A stretch of DNA of 64,000 nucleotides, taken from positions 8,097 through 72,096 of the forward strand of contig CBFDEC010000012.1 of the NCBI GenBank assembly GCA_965603725.1, written 5' to 3'. The position numbers were made by a program, and so were the translations under genes. Each line of letters opens with the position of its first letter. Within the stretch, counting starts at the first letter, position 1. Shown in pieces: positions 30,454-39,582 of this stretch. Below the pieces are notes generated by a model. That model was not told the origin of the DNA. It made no database searches and saw nothing but the letters and a program-made list of their open reading frames with translations. Source of the DNA: an uncultured bacterium (GTDB lineage Bacteria; Zixibacteria; MSB-5A5; UBA10806; 4484-95).

Positions 30454-31578
30454 ATGATTATAGTTAATTCACGTTTTCTTACCCAGCCAATCTCGGGCGT
30501 TCAAAGAGTCGCTATCGAGGCGTCTTTAGAAATAAAGCGGTTGAGCAAGGACGTTAAATTTATTACTCCACGTAATATTATTCATACGGACATAGCGGAA
30601 ACATTAGAAGCGGAAATATGCGGCAGGTTTACCGGACATCTATGGGAGCAGATAGATTTGCCGATACATTTAAACAAATGCGGCAAACCTCTTCTTTTAA
30701 ATTTAGCGAACACGGCTCCGGTATTATACAATAATCAAATTGCAACAATTCATGATTTAGCCTTTTTGGCTAATCCTAATTGGTATTCAAAAAAGTTTTA
30801 TTATTTCTACAAATTTCTTATTCCGAGAATAGCCAAGAATTCATTGAAAATAATAACAGTTAGCGAATATTCAAGACAAGAAATAATTAAGCGTTTAAAT
30901 GTTTCTTATGATAAAATTGAGGTAATGTATTGCGCCATATCCGACAAATTTTTAAACTCAGTTAATAACTCTATGCCAAATAAATACGGCAAATATATTC
31001 TGGCTGTTTCCTCATTAAATCCTCGAAAAAATTTTGAAGGAATTGTATCCGCATTTAATAAGTTGAACTTAAGGGATACTAAGCTGGTAATAGTCGGCTG
31101 CAAAAGTAAACATGTCAACAATCCCAAATTAAAAACTATGATTCAATCGAACAATCAGATAGTGTTTGCTGGTCATGTGTCGGATGATGAATTAATCGGG
31201 CTATATAAAAACGCCGGACTGCTCGTTTTCCCATCACTATATGAGGGTTTTGGGATGCCTCCTCTTGAGGCAATGGCTTGCGGGTGTTCATGTCTGGTGT
31301 CTAATACCAGTTCCCTGCCTGAGGTTTGCGGTGAAGCGGCTTTGTATTGCGACCCTTATAATACTCTGGATATTGCCGATAAAATGAGAAGACTGCTTGA
31401 GGATAGTGAATTAAGAAAGCAGCTTATTAAGCAAGGCTATAGCCAAATAAATAAATTTAGTTGGAGTAAAGCGGCCAAGGCATTTTTAGGAGTTTGCGAG
31501 AAATTAAATAATGGAAAAAATTGCGTTAGTCCACGATTGGTTAATAACACTCGGCGGTGCCGAAAGAGTATTTGCTGA
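30454..31578 (+). CDS. Glycosyltransferase family 4
   Basis: SGVQRVA, TIHDLAF, PRKN, FPSLYEGFGMPPLEAMACG. Confidence 0.92.
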   Translation: MIIVNSRFLTQPISGVQRVAIEASLEIKRLSKDVKFITPRNIIHTDIAETLEAEICGRFTGHLWEQIDLPIHLNKCGKPLLLNLANTAPVLYNNQIATIHDLAFLANPNWYSKKFYYFYKFLIPRIAKNSLKIITVSEYSRQEIIKRLNVSYDKIEVMYCAISDKFLNSVNNSMPNKYGKYILAVSSLNPRKNFEGIVSAFNKLNLRDTKLVIVGCKSKHVNNPKLKTMIQSNNQIVFAGHVSDDELIGLYKNAGLLVFPSLYEGFGMPPLEAMACGCSCLVSNTSSLPEVCGEAALYCDPYNTLDIADKMRRLLEDSELRKQLIKQGYSQINKFSWSKAAKAFLGVCEKLNNGKNCVSPRLVNNTRRCRKSIC

Positions 31579-32716
31579 GATATATGATCTTTATCCAGCG
31601 CCAGTATATACTCTTGCTAAAAGCGAGATGAATTTAAAGGACTCTATCTTCGAGAATGCGGATATTCATACTTCTTTTTTACAGAGATTTCCGCGAATTG
31701 AAAAAAAATATAGAGACTATTTATTGTTTTTTCCGTTGGCAGTTGAACAATTTGATTTGTCTGAATACGATGTCATTATTTCATCATCGCACGCAGCAGC
31801 TAAAGGCGTTCTGACCGGAACAAATCAGCTGCATATCAGCTATTTCAATGGAATTATGAATTACGCCTGGGATCTGTATCATCACTATTTAAAAGAAGCA
31901 AAGCTGGACAAAGGAATAAAAGCCTGGCTGGCAAAAATTATCCTTCATTATATCCGGCAATGGGACATTTCAACCGCCAACCGGGTTGATTATTACATAG
32001 CCATCTCGAAATATATGGCCAGGAGTATAAAGAAAATATATGGCCGTGAATCAACGATTATCTATCCTCCGGTGGATATTGAAAGATTCAAACTTGAACT
32101 TACAAAAGATGACTACTACCTGGCAGTAGGCCGTCTTGTCCCTGTCAAGAATATGGATTTGATCGTTTGCGCTTTCACGATGATGCCGGAGAAGAGGCTT
32201 GTTATCCTGGGCGACGGACCGGAAAGGAAAAAACTGCAAACTGCTTCCGGTAAAAATATAGAATTTCTGGGCAATCAGGACAGTCGGGTCGTTGCCGAGT
32301 ATATGGCGAAAGCCCGAGCACTGGTTACCGCCTCGGTTGAGTCGTTCGGCATTGCTACTGTAGAGGCGCAGGCGTGCGGTGCTCCCGTGATAGCCTATGG
32401 CGGCGGCGGAGCGCTTGAAACTGTCATCGATAATAAAACTGGAATATTCTTCCATAAGCATGAGCCCGATGAAATAATAAATGCCGTTAACGGGTTTGAA
32501 AAAATATATGACACTTTTAATCCGGAAACGATTAGCGCTTATGCTAAGCGGTTTTCGACTGAGAGGTTTTGCAGAGAATTTAAGTCGTTTGTAGAGGAGA
32601 AAATCGATTTGCACTTTAATAAGGAAGCCAAACCCGAAATTCATAATCTTGTTTTGAAAAGAATGAACGAAACCGAAACTGCGCCCGAAAGACTGAAGGA
32701 TATAACGACCCTATGA
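31511..32716 (+). CDS. Glycosyltransferase family 4 (WbaZ-like)
   Basis: ALVHDWLITLGGAERV, IYPPVD, ESFGIATVEAQACGAPVIAYGGGGALET. Confidence 0.9.
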   Translation: MEKIALVHDWLITLGGAERVFAEIYDLYPAPVYTLAKSEMNLKDSIFENADIHTSFLQRFPRIEKKYRDYLLFFPLAVEQFDLSEYDVIISSSHAAAKGVLTGTNQLHISYFNGIMNYAWDLYHHYLKEAKLDKGIKAWLAKIILHYIRQWDISTANRVDYYIAISKYMARSIKKIYGRESTIIYPPVDIERFKLELTKDDYYLAVGRLVPVKNMDLIVCAFTMMPEKRLVILGDGPERKKLQTASGKNIEFLGNQDSRVVAEYMAKARALVTASVESFGIATVEAQACGAPVIAYGGGGALETVIDNKTGIFFHKHEPDEIINAVNGFEKIYDTFNPETISAYAKRFSTERFCREFKSFVEEKIDLHFNKEAKPEIHNLVLKRMNETETAPERLKDITTL

Positions 32717-33226
32717 ATGAAATAAAAATATATCGAGAGTTAATCAACGGGTGGGTCGATAACGAGAAAAAGATTACCTGCGGCGAGGAGATGTCAAAAA
32801 AATATATAAAAGTAATGATGAAGCGCTGGCGCTATTTATATGACCTTTGTGCCTTTCTCAAACCCGATAATTCTATTGATGTTCTTGATGTGGGTAGAAG
32901 TTATTTTTCGCAAATGCTGTCGGGTTATTATAAAAATGTGACCACTCTTGGTCTCGATTTGGCGGATGACGGTGGACACAGGGAACTCGATGAATGCAAT
33001 CTTGAACACATTGTATTTGGACTGTATCCTTCACCAGTATAAAAATTTCTTTACTCATGCAGGATTAGATTTTTATATGAAATTGTCAGAAAAGCTGTTT
33101 TCGTTTGTAACGGCGTTTGTTCCATCATGGAAGAATCAGCAGATAATAGTGTTTAGAAAAGGTCCAGTAGCGAATACCGTAAAGCTGGATAATATTGCAA
33201 AAAGGCGGGAGGTTATTTGGACATAA
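32713..33226 (+). pseudogene. Class I SAM-dependent methyltransferase remnant (N- and C-terminal parts in different frames)
   Basis: 32713-33042 has motif I (VLDVGRS) but ends abruptly; 32948-33226 ends like a methyltransferase C-terminus (PSWKNQQIIVFRK); the central part appears missing. Confidence 0.55.
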
Positions 33227-33323
33227 AAAACGATGCGGTACCAACTGCCTGGAAAATTAGCTGTTAATTTATAAGCTTTTTATATGAGCCGATAAGCAGC
33301 GTAATCAGAGGGAATTTAAACAA

Positions 33324-34925
33324 ATGCCGCAAACATTGAATAAAAGCAGGAACGAATTAACAATTATACCCAGACTCCAGCTATCACAATCACCTGTATT
33401 CAGCCGGTCAAGTGACACATACGATGTTAAATTCTATGGCAATATCTACAATCTTTACATAATAGAAGAATTTGATTTTTCACAGTTTGATAAGCAGAGA
33501 TTTATTGGGTTTTTAAACAATATCAGCGGTTTTTTTCTTGTCATTTTTGAGGATAAGACCACCGGTATAAAATACCTGGCCAACGATATTTTCGGCAATT
33601 TCCGGGTGTATCATTATGAAGATAAATCTGCTTTATGGATTTCTGATGACTGGCAGAAGATTGTAAATAAAGTCAAAGATGACCACGGCAAGCTGGTCAT
33701 CGATGAAAATGAAAAATATTACTTTTCAAGGCACCATTATACATCCGGCGGCCGCACTTTTGTAAAATACGTTGATAAAATGCTTCCGGCATCAATTTAT
33801 ACAATAAGCGCTGAAGGACTTGATAAAGAGATATACTTTAGGAAGGATATTGTAAAGCGCAATGATGACAGCTGCTACTGTCAGAGAAATTATGAACTGA
33901 TTTCCGAAAATATTCAAAAAGCTGTTATGCCAAATCGTAAAAACATGCTCCTGTTTTCAGGAGGAGTCGATTCAACATACCTGGCCCTGATTCTTAAAGA
34001 ACTCGGCATATCGTTTAAACCTGTATTTCTGCAATATACATCGCTTTGTAAAGGCAACATTGTTGATTATTACAAAGCGCAAGCGGTTTCATCTCGGCTC
34101 GGACTAAAGATGTTGATAATTAAGACGGCGATTGAATCCGACTTTGAAGTATTACAGCGAGCGGTTAAACATCATATGTTTGATAAGGCAGTTATATCGC
34201 CAATTGATTATGGGCTGAAAACGCTTCGCAATCAGTATGGTCCCTGCAATATCATAGACGGTCAATCATCGGACAGTATTTACTGCTGGGGAGCATCGGA
34301 TAAAACAGTTGGCTGTGCTATCCTGCGGTTTCTAACATCGAAATATTACTTCGCCATTCCTCCTATAGGCAGATATATTTTTTCAAAAGCTGCCAGGGTT
34401 GCTTTCAAGCATAAATGGAATATAAAGTTCGATTTTGAAATCCCATTTAAAGACTCTGACTACTGGGCGGGGCTTTTAGACCCGCAATGGTATCTGCCTG
34501 TAATTCATACAGGCCATGATATGACAGAATATCGTGAATATATCGCCGAAATTGCCGGGCATATTGCGGAGATACTTAAATATGACCTTGAAGTTGTTCA
34601 AATGTATATGAAGCTGATGTTTTTACAGGGACCCGACAATCTCTGGTGTATCGAATCGGCTGATGAGTACGGTCACAATATTATTCTTCCATTCGTAGAT
34701 TCAAGAATAGTGTATCTCAGGATGCAATATCAGAATGATTTGAAAAATATTTTTCATCCACGATATGTACTTGAGAAATTTTTGCTGAAACGATTCAAAT
34801 TTGATGCTCGGATTATTAAAAATGCTCGTAAAAAGTGTAATGAAAATATTGATGAAAAAGAATACAACCTTGCCGTGAGAGATGTTTACAAACAATGGGA
34901 TCAAATTTCCTCAGAACTTTTATAG
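33324..34925 (+). CDS. Asparagine-synthase-related amidotransferase
   Basis: FYGNIYN, LANDIFG, LLFSGGVDS (PP-loop), DGQSSD, ILPFVDSR. Confidence 0.75.
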   Translation: MPQTLNKSRNELTIIPRLQLSQSPVFSRSSDTYDVKFYGNIYNLYIIEEFDFSQFDKQRFIGFLNNISGFFLVIFEDKTTGIKYLANDIFGNFRVYHYEDKSALWISDDWQKIVNKVKDDHGKLVIDENEKYYFSRHHYTSGGRTFVKYVDKMLPASIYTISAEGLDKEIYFRKDIVKRNDDSCYCQRNYELISENIQKAVMPNRKNMLLFSGGVDSTYLALILKELGISFKPVFLQYTSLCKGNIVDYYKAQAVSSRLGLKMLIIKTAIESDFEVLQRAVKHHMFDKAVISPIDYGLKTLRNQYGPCNIIDGQSSDSIYCWGASDKTVGCAILRFLTSKYYFAIPPIGRYIFSKAARVAFKHKWNIKFDFEIPFKDSDYWAGLLDPQWYLPVIHTGHDMTEYREYIAEIAGHIAEILKYDLEVVQMYMKLMFLQGPDNLWCIESADEYGHNIILPFVDSRIVYLRMQYQNDLKNIFHPRYVLEKFLLKRFKFDARIIKNARKKCNENIDEKEYNLAVRDVYKQWDQISSELL

Positions 34926-36190
34926 GTCATTTATCATTATCGGTATTAGCGCCTGCTATCAGGTTTGCGCTCAGTTTTACACAGGTTATGATATTATCCA
35001 AGTATCTGCCTGTTGAAATGTACGGCGCCTGGTCGCTATTCATAAGCATATCGATGCTAATATTAATATTTTCTTCGTTTAATCTCATGTATGCATCTAT
35101 TATTATCCTCACCGGCAAAGAGCCTGACGACCAGAAGAAAGACATATCCTCAGTTGTGATTACTAAATTAACTTTCACGATAGTAGTATATTCAGGTTTT
35201 GCATTATATATCTATTTCAAACAGATTTTCAGTCTGCCCGTAATTGGTCTGTTGGGTACGGTCCTGTTATTCCAGACATTAAACAACATGGTTTTCGGGT
35301 TTTCCAAAGCGCTGCTCTTATTGAAAAGGCAGGTTTTGTTTTTGTTAGTCGAGAGCATATTAATTATTGCCTCTATTTCTATCAGCTGCTATGTGTTGTC
35401 GGGCGGACTTTACGGCGTAATGTATGCTTTTCTAATAGCGGAAAGCCTGGCGGCTTCATTCGGCATATATTTGATGAAAGATTATATAAAATTTTCAAAA
35501 TATAATTTTAAAACGGTGAAAAAATATCTGGCTATTGGGCTGCCTCTTTTACCTTTTGCCTTTTCTGCTATGATAGTAAGGTCGCTTGTTCCTTTTCTTA
35601 TTAAACTTTATTATGGTTTTGAGGCGGTAGCGTATTACAGCGTCGCTCAAAAGGTGGCGATAATTTCGACTATCCCCATTATTATTTTGGAAAATATATA
35701 TGGTCAATATATTAAAAAAAGCAAGCTGGAGGCACAGTTTTCAGGTGTAAAGAACACATTACGGATGTTTATTTCTATCTACTTAGCCATGGCGGTTCCG
35801 ATTTTTATTATTCTCTGCCTGTTCGGAAAATATATTATCGTTTTGGTCAGCACGGAGAATTATCTTTCCTCTTATGAATTGATGCTTTTACTGGTAATTG
35901 TCAACATTATAATCAGTATAACGGCAATTTTTGCAGCGGTTTTTGCGGTGTATGAACGCACAAAGAATATCGGCCTGATATGGGTGGGCGTCCTCGTTTT
36001 ATATATTCTTATGAATCAGGTCCTGGTTCCCAGGTTCGGGCTTATGGGAATCGGTTATTCGCTTATAATATCTTTCATGATAGGGTTGATACTGGTTATT
36101 ATGGCAACTTTCAGACTGGAAAGGTCTCAACGATCGGAGCCGGCAAAACTCACAGTTCATACGAGGCAGACGGCAAAATCGTTAAATTAA
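34895..36190 (+). CDS. wzx: Oligosaccharide flippase
   Basis: About 12 TM segments; LPVEMYG, VAYYSVAQK, LVPRFGLMG. Confidence 0.8.
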   Translation: MGSNFLRTFIGHLSLSVLAPAIRFALSFTQVMILSKYLPVEMYGAWSLFISISMLILIFSSFNLMYASIIILTGKEPDDQKKDISSVVITKLTFTIVVYSGFALYIYFKQIFSLPVIGLLGTVLLFQTLNNMVFGFSKALLLLKRQVLFLLVESILIIASISISCYVLSGGLYGVMYAFLIAESLAASFGIYLMKDYIKFSKYNFKTVKKYLAIGLPLLPFAFSAMIVRSLVPFLIKLYYGFEAVAYYSVAQKVAIISTIPIIILENIYGQYIKKSKLEAQFSGVKNTLRMFISIYLAMAVPIFIILCLFGKYIIVLVSTENYLSSYELMLLLVIVNIIISITAIFAAVFAVYERTKNIGLIWVGVLVLYILMNQVLVPRFGLMGIGYSLIISFMIGLILVIMATFRLERSQRSEPAKLTVHTRQTAKSLN

Positions 36191-36267
36191 TTGAGCAAGT
36201 ATTTTACTTTATAATACTCTCTAACTGCCGATTAAATAAATGATTAGAACTGTTTCGAGATAAGATT

Positions 36268-37401
36268 ATGAGGCAAAACAAACAGGGCAAGATTACTTAT
36301 AAGACCAAAAGCGATAGCGGATTAGATCGTCATAATAGCTGTCTGGCTGTTGATGGTGATAAAGGTATGGAGATAAATATTTTCGATCTTGCCAGTCTTT
36401 TTTTAAACAGGAAAAAATGGATTGTCTCAATTGTCGGAATTGTGACAATCTTGACTGTAATAATAGTCATGCAGCTGCCGGAAATGTACAGATCCACAGC
36501 CTCGATTTTGCCCTCCGGCCCGCAGGACAAGATAGCCGTATTAAAAAGCATTGCGGGATTCAGCAACATATCCAGTAAATATGAGAACTCATCTGAACTG
36601 TTCCCGGATATCCTGGGATCTCAGTTGATTCTCGGCAGGGTTTCTCAAAAGCGATTTGAATTCAATGCCGGTTCTCTAAAAATGAACATGAGACTGGCAG
36701 ATTATTTTGGCGTCTCGAATCCGGAACTGCTAAAACAGGCGCTGGCAAATATAACACGCATAAGCGCTGATAAAAAAACCGGCATTATTCATATTTCGGT
36801 TGAGACAAAATACCCGGGATTATCACAAGCTATAGTAGGCGAATACTTAAGCGAACTTGATTATTTCAACCTGCATCGCAACAAATCAAAGGCAAAAGAA
36901 AATGCAGAATATTTAGCCCGGCAACTTGCCGGGAGCGAAAGAGAACTTAACTTAGCTGAGAAGAAACTCGAAGAATTTCAAAAAGCTAACCGGGACTGGT
37001 ATAAAAGCACTCATCCTGAAATTGCCACAATGATTTCTCGTTTGAAGCGGGATATTGAAATAAAAAAACAAAAATATGTTTACCTTTCACAGGAGCATCA
37101 AATTGCGAACCTGGACGTTCAAAAGGACATGCCTATTGTGCGTATCCTTGATGCGCCCTCTCTACCGCTTTTGAAATCGGGACCAAAGCGGCGATTGATA
37201 ACAATACTCTCCTTTATGGTATCGCTTATGGGAGTACTGCTGGCAATTGTAACCATCGAATATCTTAAGACGAAGAGCGTTGGAAGTGAAAAAGAGTCCT
37301 ATGAAAACTTTTGTGAAGAGCTAAGAACAATTCCCCTGGTTAACCGCGTTTTTGAAAAAAACATCGAGAAAAACGAGGTAAAGATAGATAATCCCGTATA
37401 A
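36268..37401 (+). CDS. wzz: Wzz/GumC-type polysaccharide chain-length regulator
   Basis: Two TM segments flanking a coiled coil; PEMYRSTASILP; RILDAPSLPLLKSGPKR. Start may be 36367. Confidence 0.85.
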   Translation: MRQNKQGKITYKTKSDSGLDRHNSCLAVDGDKGMEINIFDLASLFLNRKKWIVSIVGIVTILTVIIVMQLPEMYRSTASILPSGPQDKIAVLKSIAGFSNISSKYENSSELFPDILGSQLILGRVSQKRFEFNAGSLKMNMRLADYFGVSNPELLKQALANITRISADKKTGIIHISVETKYPGLSQAIVGEYLSELDYFNLHRNKSKAKENAEYLARQLAGSERELNLAEKKLEEFQKANRDWYKSTHPEIATMISRLKRDIEIKKQKYVYLSQEHQIANLDVQKDMPIVRILDAPSLPLLKSGPKRRLITILSFMVSLMGVLLAIVTIEYLKTKSVGSEKESYENFCEELRTIPLVNRVFEKNIEKNEVKIDNPV

Positions 37402-37458
37402 TCTATAAACGCCGTAATATCATAAAAGCGGATTTAATGTTCATAATCATTAAATCTC

Positions 37459-37485
37459 TAAAATCACTTATAAAAATGCCGATTA
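37459..37485 (+). promoter_or_regulatory. sigma28-like promoter of the MCP-like gene
   Basis: TAAA(37459-62)-N15-GCCGATTA(37478-85). Confidence 0.6.
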
Positions 37486-37524
37486 AATTAATGAAACGGT
37501 CATCAAATCACGGAGGTTGATAAA

Positions 37525-38115
37525 TTGACAAAAAATGGCTTTCGCGGCTTTGAGGAAATTGCCAGGACAGGCAATACAGATCAAAACCTTGATAACGTCG
37601 GTAATAATGCTGTTCTTAGTGATATTACAAAAGCAGTAGATAACATTTCCGACAAAATTAATCTTCTTGCCTTAAACACGGTGATTGAGAATACCAGAAC
37701 AGGCGCTAAGGAAAGCGGGCTGGCCGAGATTTCCGCTCAGGTAAGCAAGCTTGCCGAACATGTTTCCGGGGCTGTCAAAGATATTGCCGATATTGTTAAA
37801 GATGTTCAAACTGATATCGAGTCTACTAATGGCAGGCTTGATGATTCAAAGAAAAATCTCGATTTCCAAAAAATGCTGGCACATAAAATTATGATTTCAC
37901 TGAGCGAAATATTTGAATCAATTGAAAAATCCCAGGAGATAATAAATCAGATCACAACCACTCCCGCAGAGACGCCTGCCGCAGTTGGGAATGAATCGGG
38001 CGTTAATGACAGAAAAAGTCCGGGTATTTCGATCAGCGCCGGTCACAAAACCGCTCAGGAACTTAACCAGCATGTTGATGAATTACGATTTTTAGTTAAC
38101 AGTTTCAAGCTTTAA
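37525..38115 (+). CDS. Soluble methyl-accepting chemotaxis signalling-domain protein (degenerate, no sensor)
   Basis: ISDKINLLALNTVIENTRTGAKESGLAEISAQVSKLAE resembles the MCP hairpin; C-terminal LVNSFKL; GGAGG RBS before TTG. Confidence 0.75.
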   Translation: MTKNGFRGFEEIARTGNTDQNLDNVGNNAVLSDITKAVDNISDKINLLALNTVIENTRTGAKESGLAEISAQVSKLAEHVSGAVKDIADIVKDVQTDIESTNGRLDDSKKNLDFQKMLAHKIMISLSEIFESIEKSQEIINQITTTPAETPAAVGNESGVNDRKSPGISISAGHKTAQELNQHVDELRFLVNSFKL

Positions 38116-38380
38116 GCTGGCGTTGCTGATCGTATCAATATCCCTATCCCGAATTATTCATTAAATCTATTATCTCATTAAAAATTAGCTTTTAATCCTT
38201 TGGCTAATAATATGATAGAAATAATGTCAGGAGTCCATTAAAGATACAGAGTATTTTTGTGCTGTCGGAAGTTTCTTCTGACAGCCCTGGCAGAAGTCCG
38301 CCTATGGCGGATGCCAGCATGTGCTAAGATTTGTGAATAATGCGGGCTATGTGAATAGATTGTGGCGTATTGCGAGCATG

Positions 38381-38490
38381 AAAAATATCCCCATTTGTCT
38401 AATATGGGCTTTCATAAAGACTTACATTAATTGTCTCGGTGTGGAAAACTTATGATAACTTGTTAATCGAATGTGGTTGCATTATTACGG
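38381..38490 (+). repeat. 110-bp direct repeat, left copy (right copy 39432-39541)
   Basis: Manual alignment gives 7 mismatches in 110 bp. Confidence 0.95.
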
Positions 38491-38533
38491 GGAATGTAAT
38501 AGTTAAATAAACGGTTGAATTATTTAACAAGGT

Positions 38534-39328
38534 TTGTTTATGCAGGAACCGGTCAAAAGTAAAAATTATTATTTTGTAGATGAATCAGGGGATCCGACTT
38601 TTTATAATAGGAATGGAACCCTAATTGTTGGGGAAGAGGGGTGCTCCAAAATATTGATAATGGGTTTCATTGAAACCCAGGAGCCACAAGCAATTCGAAA
38701 AGAGTTAAAATTACTGAGAAATGATATCGTAAGTGATCCATATCTGACCGGAATACCTTCATTAGCCAAAACAAAGATCGCATTTCATGCAAAGGATGAT
38801 TGTGCCGAAGTCAGACAAGCCGTTTTTAATAAGCTTACAGAACTTGATTTTAAAGCTCAATTTGTAGTTGCCAGAAAAATTGAACGAGCTTTTAGAAAAC
38901 GTTTTGATGGTAAAGAGAATAAATTCTATAACCGTTTAATTTCTACGTTGTTTGAAAATGTTCTTCATAGATATGAGGAGAGCAGTATCTATTTTGCCAA
39001 AAGGGGTTCAAGAAATAGACAAATTCCATTAGAACAAGCAATAAAAAAATCTATTGAAAGTTTTGAATTAAAATGGAGAACTAAAGTACCTTCATCTATT
39101 AAGGTAAAAGTATTTGCTCAGTTGCCATCAGACGAACCATGTTTGCAAGTTATTGATTATATGAATTGGGTAGTTTATAGAGCATTTATTAGAAGCGAAA
39201 TGAGATATTATAAGTTTATAGAATCCAAGGTAAGTCTATTGGTTGATCTATATGATGTAAAAAACTACCCCAACAATTATTATTCAAAGAAAAATCCATT
39301 TGATTGTAAAAACATAAGCCCTGTTTAG
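38534..39328 (+). CDS. DUF3800 family protein (predicted RNase H-like fold)
   Basis: YFVDESGD at the N-terminus, FHAKDD, LQVIDYMNW near the C-terminus. Confidence 0.85.
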   Translation: MFMQEPVKSKNYYFVDESGDPTFYNRNGTLIVGEEGCSKILIMGFIETQEPQAIRKELKLLRNDIVSDPYLTGIPSLAKTKIAFHAKDDCAEVRQAVFNKLTELDFKAQFVVARKIERAFRKRFDGKENKFYNRLISTLFENVLHRYEESSIYFAKRGSRNRQIPLEQAIKKSIESFELKWRTKVPSSIKVKVFAQLPSDEPCLQVIDYMNWVVYRAFIRSEMRYYKFIESKVSLLVDLYDVKNYPNNYYSKKNPFDCKNISPV

Positions 39329-39381
39329 GCTAGGCCCCGCTAAGGGGCGCACGGCTTGGAGCCGACTTTCGCCTAAATAGG
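39320..39381 (+). ncRNA. Putative structured RNA (3-way junction) overlapping the DUF3800 stop codon
   Basis: Outer stem cctgtttaggc/gcctaaatagg (11 bp, one G-U); inner hairpins gcccc-gctaa-ggggc and cggct-tgg-agccg; GC-rich patch in AT-rich DNA. Confidence 0.65.
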
Positions 39382-39431
39382 ACCTATATTTATTATACGG
39401 TTTAAAAACTAAAAAGTAAACAATATTTTCA

Positions 39432-39541
39432 AAAAATATTCTCATTTGTTTAATATGGGCTTTCATAAGGACTTACATTAATTATCTCGATGTGGAAAAC
39501 TTATGATAAGTTGTTAATCGAATGTGGTTGCATTATTACGG
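39432..39541 (+). repeat. 110-bp direct repeat, right copy (upstream of coaBC)
   Basis: Matches 38381-38490. Confidence 0.95.
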
Positions 39542-39582
39542 ATTTTGTCATAAAATTGTGATGCATTAATTAGGAGATTGGT

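Noticed and set aside
38332-38450. DnaA-box-like 9-mers (tgtgaataa, tgtgaatag, tgtggaaaa) as an origin
   Set aside because: The best box lies inside a REP copy, spacing is irregular and no clear unwinding element is present; the cluster before mnmG is the better candidate.
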